Assembly: GCF_018884365.1 (NCBI RefSeq)
Contig: NZ_CP035836.1
Source: Escherichia coli
GTDB taxonomy: Bacteria; Pseudomonadota; Gammaproteobacteria; Enterobacterales; Enterobacteriaceae
Direction: 5' to 3' (one strand)
DNA length: 32,000 nt
Shown here: positions 9,952-20,227 of the stretch, piece by piece
How the letters are laid out: each line of letters opens with the position of its first letter
How positions within the stretch are numbered: the stretch's first letter is position 1
The notes under the pieces: model-generated
What the model saw: only the letters and a program-made list of their open reading frames with translations
Told to the model about the DNA's origin: nothing
Database searches by the model: none
Program-made: the position numbers and the translations under genes

Positions 9952-10878
9952 TTATTTTCTCTGTCCGTAAATATTAAAAAACAGGCGGTGCGGTTTTCCT
10001 GATTCCAGTAATAATAAGTCGATACCTGAATTAAAGGCGTTAGGCGGGCAACTCATAGGTTCAACTGCCAGTCCCTGACGCTGTAATTTTTCACCGCTAT
10101 AAACCTGCACCCAGAGTTGATCGGAACAAAGGCTTACCGAAAGCGCCTGCTGTGGATGGGTAATGGTCATTTCCCACAAATCATTAGCGGTTTTAAAGGT
10201 GTGGTCGATTTTTGTCGCGGCTATTTTTTTCGCCTGCGTGAAATTTAAATCCAGCTCATCAACGTGGTGAAGCGTTGTCGGATTCGCGTGCTCATCGACG
10301 GCATAAACCTGGTTTGCCGGAAGCTGGAACAGATATTCATCAACAGATGTTAAGTTGCAGGTTAAATAAGGATGAATACCCACGCCATAAGGCGCTGCGA
10401 CAGTGCCGATATTCTGGCTTGCGATCTCAACGGAAAGACCCGTGTGTGCGTTGAGCGAATAAACAACTTGTGAAGCCAGCATAAACGGATAGCCGTAACT
10501 GGGCGGCAGAAAAGCTGTCAGGGTAACGCTGGTGGCGGTTAATTCACTAATTTGCCAGTCTCGCCAGGCAAGCAGCCCGTGAATAGCGGCTTTTGAACTA
10601 TGTTCATTAATGGGTAACTGATATTCCTGCCCCTGATAGCGGTAACAGCCGTTGGCGATCCGGTTCGGCCACGGAATAAGCACTTTACCCAGATGCGCCA
10701 GCGGCATCTCTTCGGGTTTGTGCGGGATGACTAAATGACAACCCTGAAAGGTTAATTCAGCCAGACCAGCACCGACGGTCACAATGGTCGCGTGATAATC
10801 CCCCGCGGCAAGTGAAACGGTCTGTCCACTGCAATGCATATTGGTGATTTGCATACAAGGCACCTTAATTAACGACAT
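9952..10878 (-). CDS. yihR: Aldose-1-epimerase-like protein of the SQ locus (mutarotase)
   Basis: 308-aa ORF with galactose-mutarotase-like sequence (GHPYLT-type 'GVGIHPYLT', 'FNSGIDLLLLESGKPHRLFFNIYG'). Confidence 0.94.
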   Translation of the reverse strand: MSLIKVPCMQITNMHCSGQTVSLAAGDYHATIVTVGAGLAELTFQGCHLVIPHKPEEMPLAHLGKVLIPWPNRIANGCYRYQGQEYQLPINEHSSKAAIHGLLAWRDWQISELTATSVTLTAFLPPSYGYPFMLASQVVYSLNAHTGLSVEIASQNIGTVAAPYGVGIHPYLTCNLTSVDEYLFQLPANQVYAVDEHANPTTLHHVDELDLNFTQAKKIAATKIDHTFKTANDLWEMTITHPQQALSVSLCSDQLWVQVYSGEKLQRQGLAVEPMSCPPNAFNSGIDLLLLESGKPHRLFFNIYGQRK

Positions 10879-10908
10879 ACAGCCTCCCGTGAGGCTGATG
10901 TCAAACCC

Positions 10909-10980
10909 AAAAACTGCACCGGACGGTCCCCTCGCCCCTTTGGGGAGAGGGTTAGGGTGAGGGGAAAACCCGCACCCTAT
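10909..10980. repeat. GC-rich palindromic intergenic repeat, boxC-like
   Basis: tCCCCTCGCCCCTTTGGGGAGAGGGTTAGGGTGAGGGGa is an imperfect palindrome of the kind found repeatedly in E. coli intergenic regions. Class name is from memory; boundaries approximate. Confidence 0.65.
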
Positions 10981-10991
10981 TTTCAGATCAG

Positions 10992-12233
10992 TTATTTCGC
11001 ATTAATATCCAGCAGACCCGCTGCAACCGCTGGAGCCATGCCGGGCGCTAACGGGATACGCGGGATCACCAGGCAATGCAGCAGGTGATAAATATCCTGT
11101 TTGCCGTCCCAGACTTTGGTGGTGACCTTATTGTCCGCATCCAGCTCCTGCCACCAGGAACCATTTTCATAGTCCATCAGGTACTTAATGCAGTACTCCC
11201 ACCATGTTTGATACCAGGTTTCATACTGGCGATCGCCAGTGACGGTGTAGAGCGCGTAGGCCGTACCCATTGCTTCGACGATAGGCCAACGTACACGTTC
11301 GCGGACCACCGGTTTTCCTTCCCAGTCAACGGTATAAACAATCCCGTCCGCGCCATCGGGTGCCCAGGCATCGCGCACGGTGGCGTTAAACAGACCTTTG
11401 GCATCTTCTAGCAGCCATGCTGGTGGTTGTTCGCAACGGGCTTCCAGGGCAGCATGGATGTGCAGCATTAAACGGCCCCATTCGATCCAGTGGCCTGGTG
11501 TACCTCCGAACGCGCGGAAGCGATGCGCCGGGTTATCTTTGTTGTAATCCGGCAGCGGATTCCACTGGGTATCGAAGTGTTCGTTAACGCGATAATGATT
11601 ATTTCTGGCGACGTCGTGGATAATCACGGAAGCCACGCGAATCGCGCGATCCAGCCATTTTTTGTCGTGAGTGACGTCATAAACAATCAAGAAAGCTTCC
11701 ACCGCGTGCATATTGGCATTGCCGCCGCGGTACTCTTCGGTTTTGCTGAAGGCTTCGTCCCAGGATTCCAGGCACATCTGCTCTTCTTCGCTCCAGAAAT
11801 ATTTCTCGATAATTTCAATGGTGTAATCGAGCAGCTTGCGCGCTTCCGGGTGACCCGTTGTGACGGCGCTGGCGGCACCCAGCAGAGCAAAGAAGTGTTG
11901 ATAGCCCTGTTTGGAGGCATCCACCACGCCCTCGTCATTCACGCAGGCATACCAGCCGCCATATTTTTTATCACGCAGTGCGCCGTTCATGGCTTTGATA
12001 CCGTGATCAACCAACGAGTAAGCGCCAGGTCGACCCATCGCCGCAGCAACGGAATAAACGTGCAACATACGAGCGGTGATCCACAGATGGGTGCCCATCT
12101 CTTCTTTGATTTGCCCTTTATTGCCTAACCAGCCAAAACCAGTCGGCACTACGGAATTTTTACCAAAATCAAAGATGCGGTCGGTTTCCTGTTCCAGCCA
12201 ACGGTTGTGGCTTAGGGTGTTAAACCATTTCAT
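10992..12233 (-). CDS. yihS: Sulfoquinovose isomerase (AGE family)
   Basis: [37 protein letters not shown]..., N-acylglucosamine 2-epimerase-like; recognised as YihS. Listed ORF begins 5 codons upstream (12248). Confidence 0.95.
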   Translation of the reverse strand: MKWFNTLSHNRWLEQETDRIFDFGKNSVVPTGFGWLGNKGQIKEEMGTHLWITARMLHVYSVAAAMGRPGAYSLVDHGIKAMNGALRDKKYGGWYACVNDEGVVDASKQGYQHFFALLGAASAVTTGHPEARKLLDYTIEIIEKYFWSEEEQMCLESWDEAFSKTEEYRGGNANMHAVEAFLIVYDVTHDKKWLDRAIRVASVIIHDVARNNHYRVNEHFDTQWNPLPDYNKDNPAHRFRAFGGTPGHWIEWGRLMLHIHAALEARCEQPPAWLLEDAKGLFNATVRDAWAPDGADGIVYTVDWEGKPVVRERVRWPIVEAMGTAYALYTVTGDRQYETWYQTWWEYCIKYLMDYENGSWWQELDADNKVTTKVWDGKQDIYHLLHCLVIPRIPLAPGMAPAVAAGLLDINAK

Positions 12234-12249
12234 TCCTTTTATCCTCATC

Positions 12250-13128
12250 TTAGCGGCGTTTAGCCATCATTTCGTCGACGATATCGCCAAGTTGTTGTAA
12301 TTTCGGTGCGCAAACGTCACGCAGCATCAGCTCGTTGTCTGGTAAACCGACGACCGATGCCCAGACTGCACGGCCTGCCAGGAATCCCGATGCGCCCGCC
12401 GTCATTGCCACGCGTACGGCACGCGGGAACAGTTTTTCGTCGACACCGGAAGAGAGGATCACCCATGGCATATTGATATGGTCATTCAGACGTTGTGAAG
12501 CACAGAGAAGCTCTTGTTGCGGACCTTTGCCATAAAGCGGCATTTCAACTTTGTAGAGGTCAGCGCCACTGTCGCCCAGCTCTTTGGCGGCATCGATGAT
12601 CGCTTGTTCGCGATCGAATTTATCGCCACGACGCGGTGGGCGGACGACTGGCTCAATGATGCTTACCAGACCGTGTGAGTGGCACAGTTCGTTGAACTCT
12701 TTCACCATATCCAGACGTTGCTGCGCATCTTCATCACTACGCCACAGCACCAGCAGTTTTAAGGCTTTGCCACCGTCTTGTTTGATCTGTAGCGGATTGA
12801 TTTTGCGGTCAATAACCACGCTATCGACCGGAATACCGTTGCCAGGAATGAACTCATCGGCGGCGACAATCATGGCGCAACTTTTGGCAATCGCGTTTTG
12901 CTCAACCACCTGGCGGTAGCAGAATTGTTGATCTACCAGAATCGCCGAGGCATAAGGCGAGAGGGCCTTTGCAGCGTTAACTTTGAAATCAGTTAAAACG
13001 CTATCGGCTACCGGAGCGGGTGCCCCAGCCGCGGCAAACATCATGCGCATGGCTTCGCGCTGATCGACCGCCAGCATGGCAAAACCGCCCGATGCGCGCG
13101 TAATGTCGTTGATGGTGTACTTATTCAT
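12250..13128 (-). CDS. yihT: 6-deoxy-6-sulfofructose-1-phosphate aldolase (LacD-like class I)
   Basis: 292-aa [34 protein letters not shown]...; recognised as YihT. Confidence 0.95.
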   Translation of the reverse strand: MNKYTINDITRASGGFAMLAVDQREAMRMMFAAAGAPAPVADSVLTDFKVNAAKALSPYASAILVDQQFCYRQVVEQNAIAKSCAMIVAADEFIPGNGIPVDSVVIDRKINPLQIKQDGGKALKLLVLWRSDEDAQQRLDMVKEFNELCHSHGLVSIIEPVVRPPRRGDKFDREQAIIDAAKELGDSGADLYKVEMPLYGKGPQQELLCASQRLNDHINMPWVILSSGVDEKLFPRAVRVAMTAGASGFLAGRAVWASVVGLPDNELMLRDVCAPKLQQLGDIVDEMMAKRR

Positions 13129-13151
13129 TCATTTATTCCTTTATCCAGTCG

Positions 13152-14048
13152 TTACATTTTTACTTTGGCAGTCATCCCGGCACTGACACGGACCTGTTCC
13201 AGAATGGCGGACCAGTCCTGGCGACCGCGACCCGCTGCGCGCGCCTGGCTATAAACCTCCCGTGAGGCGGCCCCCAGCGGCATTGGCACATGCAGCTGGT
13301 TGGCGACATCAAGGGCGATGCCAAGATCCTTATGGGCAAGATCGATCATGAAGGCGGGAGAAAGATCTCCGCTGAGGACTTTGTTTGGCCAGGAAGTGGT
13401 GAAGTGACCTTTACCGGCGGCGGTACCGCTCATCACTTTGACGGCAACATCGAAGGGAAGATTCAGGGCTTCGCACAAAACGGCGGCTTCTGCCGAAAGC
13501 GCATTGAGCGCGATGCTCATGTAGTTGTTGATGAGCTTAACGCGGATCCCCATGCCCGGACCGCCAGCGTTGATCAACTCACTGCCCATCGCCATCAGGA
13601 TCGGTGTGGCACGTTCAACTTGTTCAGCGGTGCCGCCAGCCAGCAGTAACAGAGTACCGGTAATGGCATTTGCAGAAGTACGGCCTACCGGAACATCCAT
13701 CATGCTGAAGCCTTTGGCTTGCATATCGGCAATCAATTTATCGGTTTGCAGCGGATGGATGGTGGACATATCAATGACCAGCGCATCGGTAGATAAGCCT
13801 TCGCAAACGCCGTTTTCACCGAACAACACGTTGCGCACCAGATCGCCATTCGGCAACATGGTAATGATAAATTCGGCATCTTTAGCGGCCTGCGCCGGGT
13901 TGGCGGCGGGAGTCGCACCTTTGTCTACCAGATGCCGCACAGCTTCGGCGTTCACATCAAAGACGCGAAGTTGATGCCCTTGCTGCAATAAATTGCTCGC
14001 CATTGGCGAACCCATTTGTCCTAAACCGATAAACGCGATTGCTGCCAT
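13152..14048 (-). CDS. yihU: 3-sulfolactaldehyde reductase (beta-hydroxyacid dehydrogenase family)
   Basis: 298-aa ORF with N-terminal Rossmann motif [21 protein letters not shown] and the 3-HIBADH-like core. Confidence 0.95.
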   Translation of the reverse strand: MAAIAFIGLGQMGSPMASNLLQQGHQLRVFDVNAEAVRHLVDKGATPAANPAQAAKDAEFIITMLPNGDLVRNVLFGENGVCEGLSTDALVIDMSTIHPLQTDKLIADMQAKGFSMMDVPVGRTSANAITGTLLLLAGGTAEQVERATPILMAMGSELINAGGPGMGIRVKLINNYMSIALNALSAEAAVLCEALNLPFDVAVKVMSGTAAGKGHFTTSWPNKVLSGDLSPAFMIDLAHKDLGIALDVANQLHVPMPLGAASREVYSQARAAGRGRQDWSAILEQVRVSAGMTAKVKM

Positions 14049-14070
14049 AACCCTCTCCTGAATACAGTGA

Positions 14071-14161
14071 TGTCACTTTTTGTCATTTATGACATGCTTT
14101 GCTTGTCTGTTTTTGATCGTATTTGTAATTTATCGTCAAAAAATTGACAGCCGTCACTTTT
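14071..14161. promoter_or_regulatory. Divergent yihU/yihV promoter-operator region, probable YihW (CsqR) binding region
   Basis: Contains GTCACTTTTT at 14072-14081 and 14152-14161, palindrome TGTCATttATGACA (14081-14094), and GTCAAaaaTTGAC (14135-14147), between divergent genes. Confidence 0.6.
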
Positions 14162-14215
14162 TAAACAATTGGTGAAATTAAAATGAACGCATCCCAAAAT
14201 GTTTAAGGAATGACC

Positions 14216-15112
14216 ATGATTCGTGTTGCTTGTGTAGGTATAACCGTGATGGATCGCATCTATTACGTGGAAGGGTTACCGACGGAGAGCGGTAAATACG
14301 TGGCGAGAAATTATACGGAAGTTGGTGGCGGGCCAGCGGCGACGGCAGCGGTTGCGGCGGCAAGGCTGGGGGCGCAGGTCGATTTTATTGGTCGCGTAGG
14401 TGATGACGACACGGGCAACAGCCTGCTGGCAGAGCTGGAATCCTGGGGCGTTAACACCCGTTACACCAAACGGTATAACCAGGCGAAATCTTCGCAATCC
14501 GCCATCATGGTGGATACCAAAGGCGAGCGGATAATCATTAACTACCCCAGCCCGGATCTGCTGCCTGACGCAGAGTGGTTGGAGGAAATTGATTTCTCTC
14601 AGTGGGATGTTGTGCTGGCAGATGTACGCTGGCACGACGGCGCTAAAAAAGCCTTCACCCTGGCCCGTCAGGCGGGTGTGATGACCGTTCTGGACGGGGA
14701 CATTACGCCGCAGGATATCAGTGAGCTGGTGGCATTAAGCGATCACGCGGCCTTTTCAGAACCGGGTCTGGCGCGCTTAACGGGCGTGAAAGAGATGGCC
14801 AGTGCGCTAAAACAGGCACAAACGCTCACAAATGGTCATGTCTATGTGACCCAGGGTAGCGCAGGCTGCGACTGGCTGGAAAATGGTGGGCGTCAGCATC
14901 AACCGGCCTTCAAAGTTGATGTGGTAGATACCACAGGTGCGGGTGATGTTTTTCACGACGCTTTGGCGGTGGCGCTGGCAACAAGTGGGGATTTAGCGGA
15001 GTCAGTCCGCTTCGCCAGCGGTGTAGCGGCGTTAAAATGCACACGTCCCGGTGGACGAGCCGGGATCCCTGACTGTGATCAAACCCGATCTTTTTTGTCA
15101 CTTTTTGTATAA
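14216..15112 (+). CDS. yihV: 6-deoxy-6-sulfofructose kinase (PfkB family)
   Basis: MIRVACVGITVMDRIYYVEGLPTESGKYVARN...VVDTTGAGD..., a PfkB/ribokinase-type kinase. Listed ORF starts 2 codons upstream at 14210. Confidence 0.95.
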   Translation: MIRVACVGITVMDRIYYVEGLPTESGKYVARNYTEVGGGPAATAAVAAARLGAQVDFIGRVGDDDTGNSLLAELESWGVNTRYTKRYNQAKSSQSAIMVDTKGERIIINYPSPDLLPDAEWLEEIDFSQWDVVLADVRWHDGAKKAFTLARQAGVMTVLDGDITPQDISELVALSDHAAFSEPGLARLTGVKEMASALKQAQTLTNGHVYVTQGSAGCDWLENGGRQHQPAFKVDVVDTTGAGDVFHDALAVALATSGDLAESVRFASGVAALKCTRPGGRAGIPDCDQTRSFLSLFV

Positions 15113-15145
15113 AATGCCAGGGTGATGGTTTTTCGAGGAATTTTC

Positions 15146-15931
15146 ATGAGCCTTACCGAACTAACCGGTAACCCGCGGCACGACCAACTCCTCATGCTGA
15201 TCGCCGAGCGTGGGTATATGAATATTGATGAGCTGGCAAATCTGCTGGATGTCTCCACGCAGACGGTCCGCCGGGATATTCGTAAATTAAGCGAGCAAGG
15301 CCTGATTACGCGCCATCACGGTGGCGCGGGTCGGGCTTCCAGCGTCGTTAATACGGCGTTCGAGCAGCGTGAGGTTTCGCAAACCGAGGAAAAAAAAGCG
15401 ATTGCCGAAGCGGTGGCAGACTATATTCCTGATGGTTCAACAATATTTATCACCATTGGTACGACTGTTGAGCATGTTGCCCGGGCGTTACTTAACCATA
15501 ATCATTTGCGGATAATCACCAACAGCCTGCGTGTGGCGCATATTCTTTACCACAACCCGCGCTTTGAAGTGATGGTGCCCGGCGGTACGTTGCGCTCTCA
15601 TAATAGCGGGATCATTGGCCCTTCAGCGGCGTCCTTTGTGGCTGATTTTCGTGCTGATTATCTGGTAACAAGCGTTGGGGCGATTGAGAGCGATGGCGCG
15701 TTGATGGAGTTTGATGTAAACGAAGCTAACGTGGTGAAAACGATGATGGCGCACGCGAGAAATATTCTGCTGGTCGCCGATCACACTAAGTATCATGCTT
15801 CGGCGGCGGTTGAAATTGGTAACGTGGCACAGGTCACTGCGCTCTTTACCGACGAGCTGCCGCCCGCTGCGCTAAAATCACGCTTACAAGACAGCCAAAT
15901 TGAAATCATTCTTCCCCAGGAAGACGCGTAG
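15146..15931 (+). CDS. yihW: DeoR-family transcriptional regulator of the SQ locus
   Basis: MSLTELTGNPRHDQLLMLIAERGYMNIDELANLLDVSTQTVRRDIRKLSEQGLITRHHGGA is a DeoR-type HTH. The ATG follows 'cgaggaattttc'; listed ORF begins at 15122. Confidence 0.94.
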   Translation: MSLTELTGNPRHDQLLMLIAERGYMNIDELANLLDVSTQTVRRDIRKLSEQGLITRHHGGAGRASSVVNTAFEQREVSQTEEKKAIAEAVADYIPDGSTIFITIGTTVEHVARALLNHNHLRIITNSLRVAHILYHNPRFEVMVPGGTLRSHNSGIIGPSAASFVADFRADYLVTSVGAIESDGALMEFDVNEANVVKTMMAHARNILLVADHTKYHASAAVEIGNVAQVTALFTDELPPAALKSRLQDSQIEIILPQEDA

Positions 15932-16029
15932 ATTTTTGTGACCGTTAACCTGGCTTCATACCTTGCCACATAGCCAAACCCATCCTTTCCCGCTACAGTT
16001 AATTTCTTGTGGCGCGAAAGGAGGCAAAA

Positions 16030-16629
16030 ATGCTCTATATCTTTGATTTAGGTAATGTGATTGTCGATATCGACTTTAACCGTGTGCTGGGAGCCTGGAG
16101 CGATTTAACGCGTATTCCGCTGGCATCGCTTAAGAAGAGTTTTCATATGGGGGAGGCGTTTCATCAGCATGAGCGTGGGGAAATTAGCGACGAAGCGTTC
16201 GCAGAGGCGCTGTGTCATGAGATGGCTCTACCGCTAAGCTACGAGCAGTTCTCTCACGGCTGGCAGGCGGTGTTTGTTGCGCTGCGCCCGGAAGTGATCG
16301 CCATCATGCATAAACTGCGTGAGCAGGGGCATCGCGTGGTGGTGCTTTCCAATACCAACCGCCTGCATACCACCTTCTGGCCGGAAGAATACCCGGAAAT
16401 TCGTGATGCTGCTGATCATATCTATCTGTCGCAAGATCTGGGGATGCGCAAACCTGAAGCACGAATTTACCAGCATGTTTTGCAGGCGGAAGGTTTTTCA
16501 CCCAGCGATACGGTCTTTTTCGACGATAACGCCGATAATATAGAAGGAGCCAATCAGCTGGGCATTACCAGTATTCTGGTGAAAGATAAAACCACCATCC
16601 CGGACTATTTCGCGAAGGTGTTATGCTAA
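16030..16629 (+). CDS. yihX: HAD-family sugar phosphatase (alpha-D-glucose-1-phosphate phosphatase)
   Basis: [19 protein letters not shown] (HAD motif I variant) and [12 protein letters not shown]; good SD (aaaggagg) upstream. Listed ORF starts at 16009. Confidence 0.94.
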
Positions 16630-17495
16630 AAACCATTCAGGACAAAGCCAGGCACCGTACCCGTCCACTATGGGCCTGGCTAAAACTACTCTGGCAACGC
16701 ATTGATGAGGACAACATGACAACCCTGGCAGGTAACCTTGCCTATGTGTCGTTGCTCTCATTAGTGCCGCTGGTTGCCGTTGTTTTTGCGCTTTTCGCCG
16801 CTTTTCCCATGTTTTCCGACGTCAGCATTCAGTTACGTCACTTTATTTTTGCCAACTTTCTGCCTGCTACTGGCGATGTTATTCAGCGGTATATCGAACA
16901 ATTTGTTGCCAATTCCAACAAGATGACCGCCGTTGGGGCGTGCGGGCTGATCGTCACCGCGTTATTGTTGATGTACTCCATCGATAGCGCGTTGAATACC
17001 ATCTGGCGCAGTAAACGAGCGCGACCAAAAATTTACTCGTTCGCCGTGTACTGGATGATTTTAACGCTGGGGCCGCTGCTGGCAGGGGCCAGTCTGGCGA
17101 TCAGTTCCTATTTGCTCTCCCTGCGCTGGGCGAGCGATCTCAATACTGTCATCGACAACGTGCTGCGTATTTTTCCGTTGCTGTTGTCGTGGATCTCCTT
17201 CTGGTTGCTGTACAGCATTGTTCCTACCATCCGCGTACCTAACCGCGACGCGATTGTCGGCGCGTTTGTCGCCGCACTCCTGTTCGAAGCAGGAAAGAAA
17301 GGTTTCGCGCTTTATATCACCATGTTCCCGCCATATCAGCTCATTTACGGTGTGCTGGCGGTGATCCCCATTCTCTTTGTTTGGGTCTACTGGACATGGT
17401 GTATCGTCTTGCTTGGCGCGGAAATTACTGTCACTCTCGGGGAATACCGCAAACTAAAACAAGCAGCTGAACAAGAAGAAGACGACGAACCATGA
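16623..17495 (+). CDS. yihY: YihY/BrkB-family inner membrane protein
   Basis: 290-aa polytopic protein; overlaps yihX and dtd ends. Confidence 0.94.
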
Positions 17496-17929
17496 TTGCA
17501 TTAATTCAACGCGTAACCCGTGCCAGCGTCACCGTGGAGGGAGAAGTGACGGGCGAAATTGGCGCGGGACTTTTGGTGTTATTGGGTGTCGAAAAGGATG
17601 ACGACGAACAGAAAGCAAACCGTCTGTGCGAGCGTGTGCTCGGCTACCGCATCTTTAGCGATGCCGAAGGCAAGATGAATCTCAACGTGCAACAGGCGGG
17701 CGGCAGTGTGCTGGTGGTTTCCCAGTTTACCCTCGCCGCAGATACCGAACGGGGGATGCGCCCAAGTTTCTCCAAAGGTGCATCACCGGATCGCGCAGAG
17801 GCGTTATATGACTATTTCGTCGAACGCTGCCGTCAGCAAGAGATGAACACGCAAACAGGACGCTTCGCTGCGGATATGCAGGTATCGCTGGTCAATGATG
17901 GCCCCGTGACATTCTGGTTGCAGGTATGA
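17492..17929 (+). CDS. dtd: D-aminoacyl-tRNA deacylase
   Basis: 145-aa [33 protein letters not shown]...[17 protein letters not shown], recognised as Dtd. Confidence 0.97.
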
Positions 17930-18915
17930 GCCAGCTTCCAGGGTTGTCACGGGAAACAAGAGAGAGTATCGCTATGTATCACCTTCGGGTTCCACAAACA
18001 GAAGAAGAATTAGAGCGTTACTATCAGTTTCGCTGGGAAATGTTGCGTAAGCCCCTGCATCAACCAAAAGGTTCGGAACGCGACGCGTGGGATGCGATGG
18101 CGCATCACCAGATGGTCGTCGACGAGCAGGGTAATCTGGTGGCGGTAGGCCGACTGTATATTAATGCCGACAATGAAGCGTCCATTCGCTTTATGGCCGT
18201 TCATCCCGACGTGCAGGACAAAGGGTTAGGCACGCTGATGGCGATGACCCTGGAGTCGGTGGCGCGTCAGGAAGGCGTTAAGCGCGTGACCTGTAGCGCC
18301 CGTGAAGACGCGGTGGAGTTTTTCGCCAAGCTGGGGTTTGTTAATCAGGGAGAAATCACCACGCCAACCACCACGCCGATTCGCCATTTTTTGATGATTA
18401 AGCCCGTCGCCACTCTGGATGACATTCTGCATCGCGGCGACTGGTGCGCGCAGCTGCAACAGGCGTGGTACGAACATATCCCGCTTAGTGAAAAAATGGG
18501 CGTGCGCATTCAGCAATATACCGGGCAAAAATTTATCACTACCATGCCAGAAACCGGCAATCAGAATCCGCACCATACGCTGTTTGCCGGGAGTTTATTC
18601 TCACTGGCGACGCTCACCGGTTGGGGACTTATCTGGCTGATGCTGCGTGAACGCCACCTCGGCGGAACGATTATTCTTGCGGATGCGCATATCCGCTACA
18701 GCAAGCCGATTAGCGGTAAACCTCATGCGGTAGCCGACCTCGGTGCCTTAAGCGGCGATCTCGACCGTCTGGCGCGCGGACGAAAAGCACGGGTGCAGAT
18801 GCAGGTCGAAATCTTTGGCGACGAGACGCCGGGTGCAGTGTTTGAAGGCACGTATATCGTTCTGCCCGCGAAGCCATTTGGCCCGTATGAAGAGGGCGGG
18901 AACGAAGAAGAGTAG
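17926..18915 (+). CDS. fabY: YiiD/FabY: N-terminal GNAT acetyltransferase domain plus C-terminal thioesterase-like (hot-dog) domain
   Basis: 329-aa ORF overlapping dtd by 4 nt; GNAT-like '[29 protein letters not shown]' followed by a hot-dog-type domain. Confidence 0.92.
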
Positions 18916-19325
18916 CTGATGGAGAGGGGCGGTGCTGCCTCTCTCATTCAGGTCATTTATATTAGTCCTTGGCTATTTCGGTTATATTAAATAAGAACTC
19001 TATAAATTTTTATTCTTCGTTGGCTCCATACGTGTCTTGCTACATCACTGTTCAGGAGCATTTAAATATTATTTGTAGAACTGAGTGGCAATTATCGCAG
19101 ATAATGCTTAATTCATCATCTTAGTTCATGTTTGAGCGATTTTTGATAGTCAAAACCCCCTCTGGTGCCATACTTTTCTCATAAATATTTTTAAAATCTA
19201 TAGCTAACAAATATTATGCAAAGATAATGGACTAGCATCATTGTCAGTATCATTCATTTACTGCTCTGTATGTTATGAATAATTATGTTGTATGTTTGCT
19301 CTTAAACCGTGGGAAGGAGGCTATA

Positions 19326-19433
19326 ATGGTTGCCAATATTAATCTCATTAAACAAGAAAGTTATTCTGTTGTTAATTTAGAAAAACAACTTTCCCGAACT
19401 GTTACCAACAAAATTATAACGATGAGCAAGTAA
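19326..19433 (+). CDS. Candidate unannotated small protein, 35 aa: MVANINLIKQESYSVVNLEKQLSRTVTNKIITMSK
   Basis: ATG at 19326, TAA at 19431-19433. Strong SD 'aaggagg' with 5-nt spacing (gggaaggaggctataATG). Followed at once by an 8-bp inverted repeat. Not in the supplied ORF track, probably because of its length cutoff. Confidence 0.55.
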   Translation: MVANINLIKQESYSVVNLEKQLSRTVTNKIITMSK

Positions 19434-19463
19434 AGACCGGTTGGTGGCAGTACTGACCGGTCT
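19434..19463. terminator. Inverted repeat immediately after the 35-aa ORF, possible attenuator or terminator
   Basis: AGACCGGTtggtggcagtactgACCGGTCT: 8-bp perfect arms (19434-19441 / 19456-19463), 14-nt loop, no strong T run. Confidence 0.4.
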
Positions 19464-19631
19464 GTGATGAAAGATTAATTTCACCTTAAATCCTGGTGCT
19501 GTTAGGATGCTGACGTTTTTCGGCTACACCATTCAGATTATGCAAATAAATATCTCTGAATATAATATATTCATAGCACCCATAATTCATCCTAGGCGAT
19601 AACTAAACCATTTTTGAGTAATAAATGAAAC

Positions 19632-19679
19632 AACTGCAACACTCTTATTATTTCTGGAAAACGTCTCGCAAAAACAAAA
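19632..19679 (+). repeat. Upstream direct-repeat block, copy 1 (ahead of yiiE)
   Basis: AACTGCAAC-12nt-TCTGGAAAACGTCTCGCAAAAACAAAA; copy 2 lies exactly 438 nt downstream. Confidence 0.85.
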
Positions 19680-19767
19680 CAACATGCAAAAATCCGCTTT
19701 TTTTAAATGATTTTCCGGCGTAATTTTCGCACATACATTAATGAGTAATATAGGTAAGGTGGTGGTA

Positions 19768-19986
19768 ATGGCGATGAATACGGTTTTTCTTCATTTATCA
19801 GAAGAGGCAATTAAACGGCTGAACAAGCTTCGGGGCTGGCGTAAGGTTTCACGATCTGCAATTTTACGCGAAGCGGTAGAGCAATATCTGGAACGTCAGC
19901 AATTCCCGGTGCGTAAAGCAAAGGGAGGCAGGCAAAAGGGGGAGGTAGTTGGTGTTGATGATCAGTGTAAGGAGCATAAGGAATGA
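19768..19986 (+). CDS. yiiE: Small ribbon-helix-helix (CopG-like) DNA-binding protein
   Basis: MAMNTVFLHLSEEAIKRLNKLRGWRKVSRSAILREAVEQYLERQ has an RHH fold signature. Listed ORF starts at 19741; the start is uncertain. Confidence 0.85.
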   Translation: MAMNTVFLHLSEEAIKRLNKLRGWRKVSRSAILREAVEQYLERQQFPVRKAKGGRQKGEVVGVDDQCKEHKE

Positions 19987-20069
19987 CAAAAATTTTTCAT
20001 TCTTGAATATAAAAAACAGATGCCCTTATTCTGGTATTAATACAAGGCTGTTTTACTTGAACTTATAAT

Positions 20070-20117
20070 AACTGCAACTGTTACATCATATCTGGAAAAC
20101 GCCTCGCAAAAATAAAA
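20070..20117 (+). repeat. Upstream direct-repeat block, copy 2 (ahead of yiiF)
   Basis: AACTGCAAC-12nt-TCTGGAAAACGCCTCGCAAAAATAAAA. The 27-nt core differs from copy 1 at 2 positions; the spacing is identical. Confidence 0.85.
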
Positions 20118-20227
20118 AATGATGCGTAAATGAGCTTTCTTTAAAGATTCGGCAAGGGTACTTTTCTCTCCATAGATTCAAAAATGATATTGGCGAGATA
20201 TTTATGAACTCTCTGGCAGGTATAGAT

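Noticed and set aside
11490-12128. 212-aa plus-strand ORF antisense to yihS
   Set aside because: Shadow of a strongly recognised gene; no promoter or independent evidence.
4840-15931. Whole yihO-yihW/ompL cluster as a potential novel pathway
   Set aside because: It is the already described sulfoquinovose (sulfo-EMP) catabolic locus, so not new, although the YihV variant and yihW motif are listed separately.
18960-19320. AT-rich gap between fabY and the 35-aa ORF, considered as a possible sRNA gene or mobile-element scar
   Set aside because: I could not identify a convincing promoter-terminator pair, terminal inverted repeats or a target-site duplication by eye. dRNA-seq or strain comparison would be needed.
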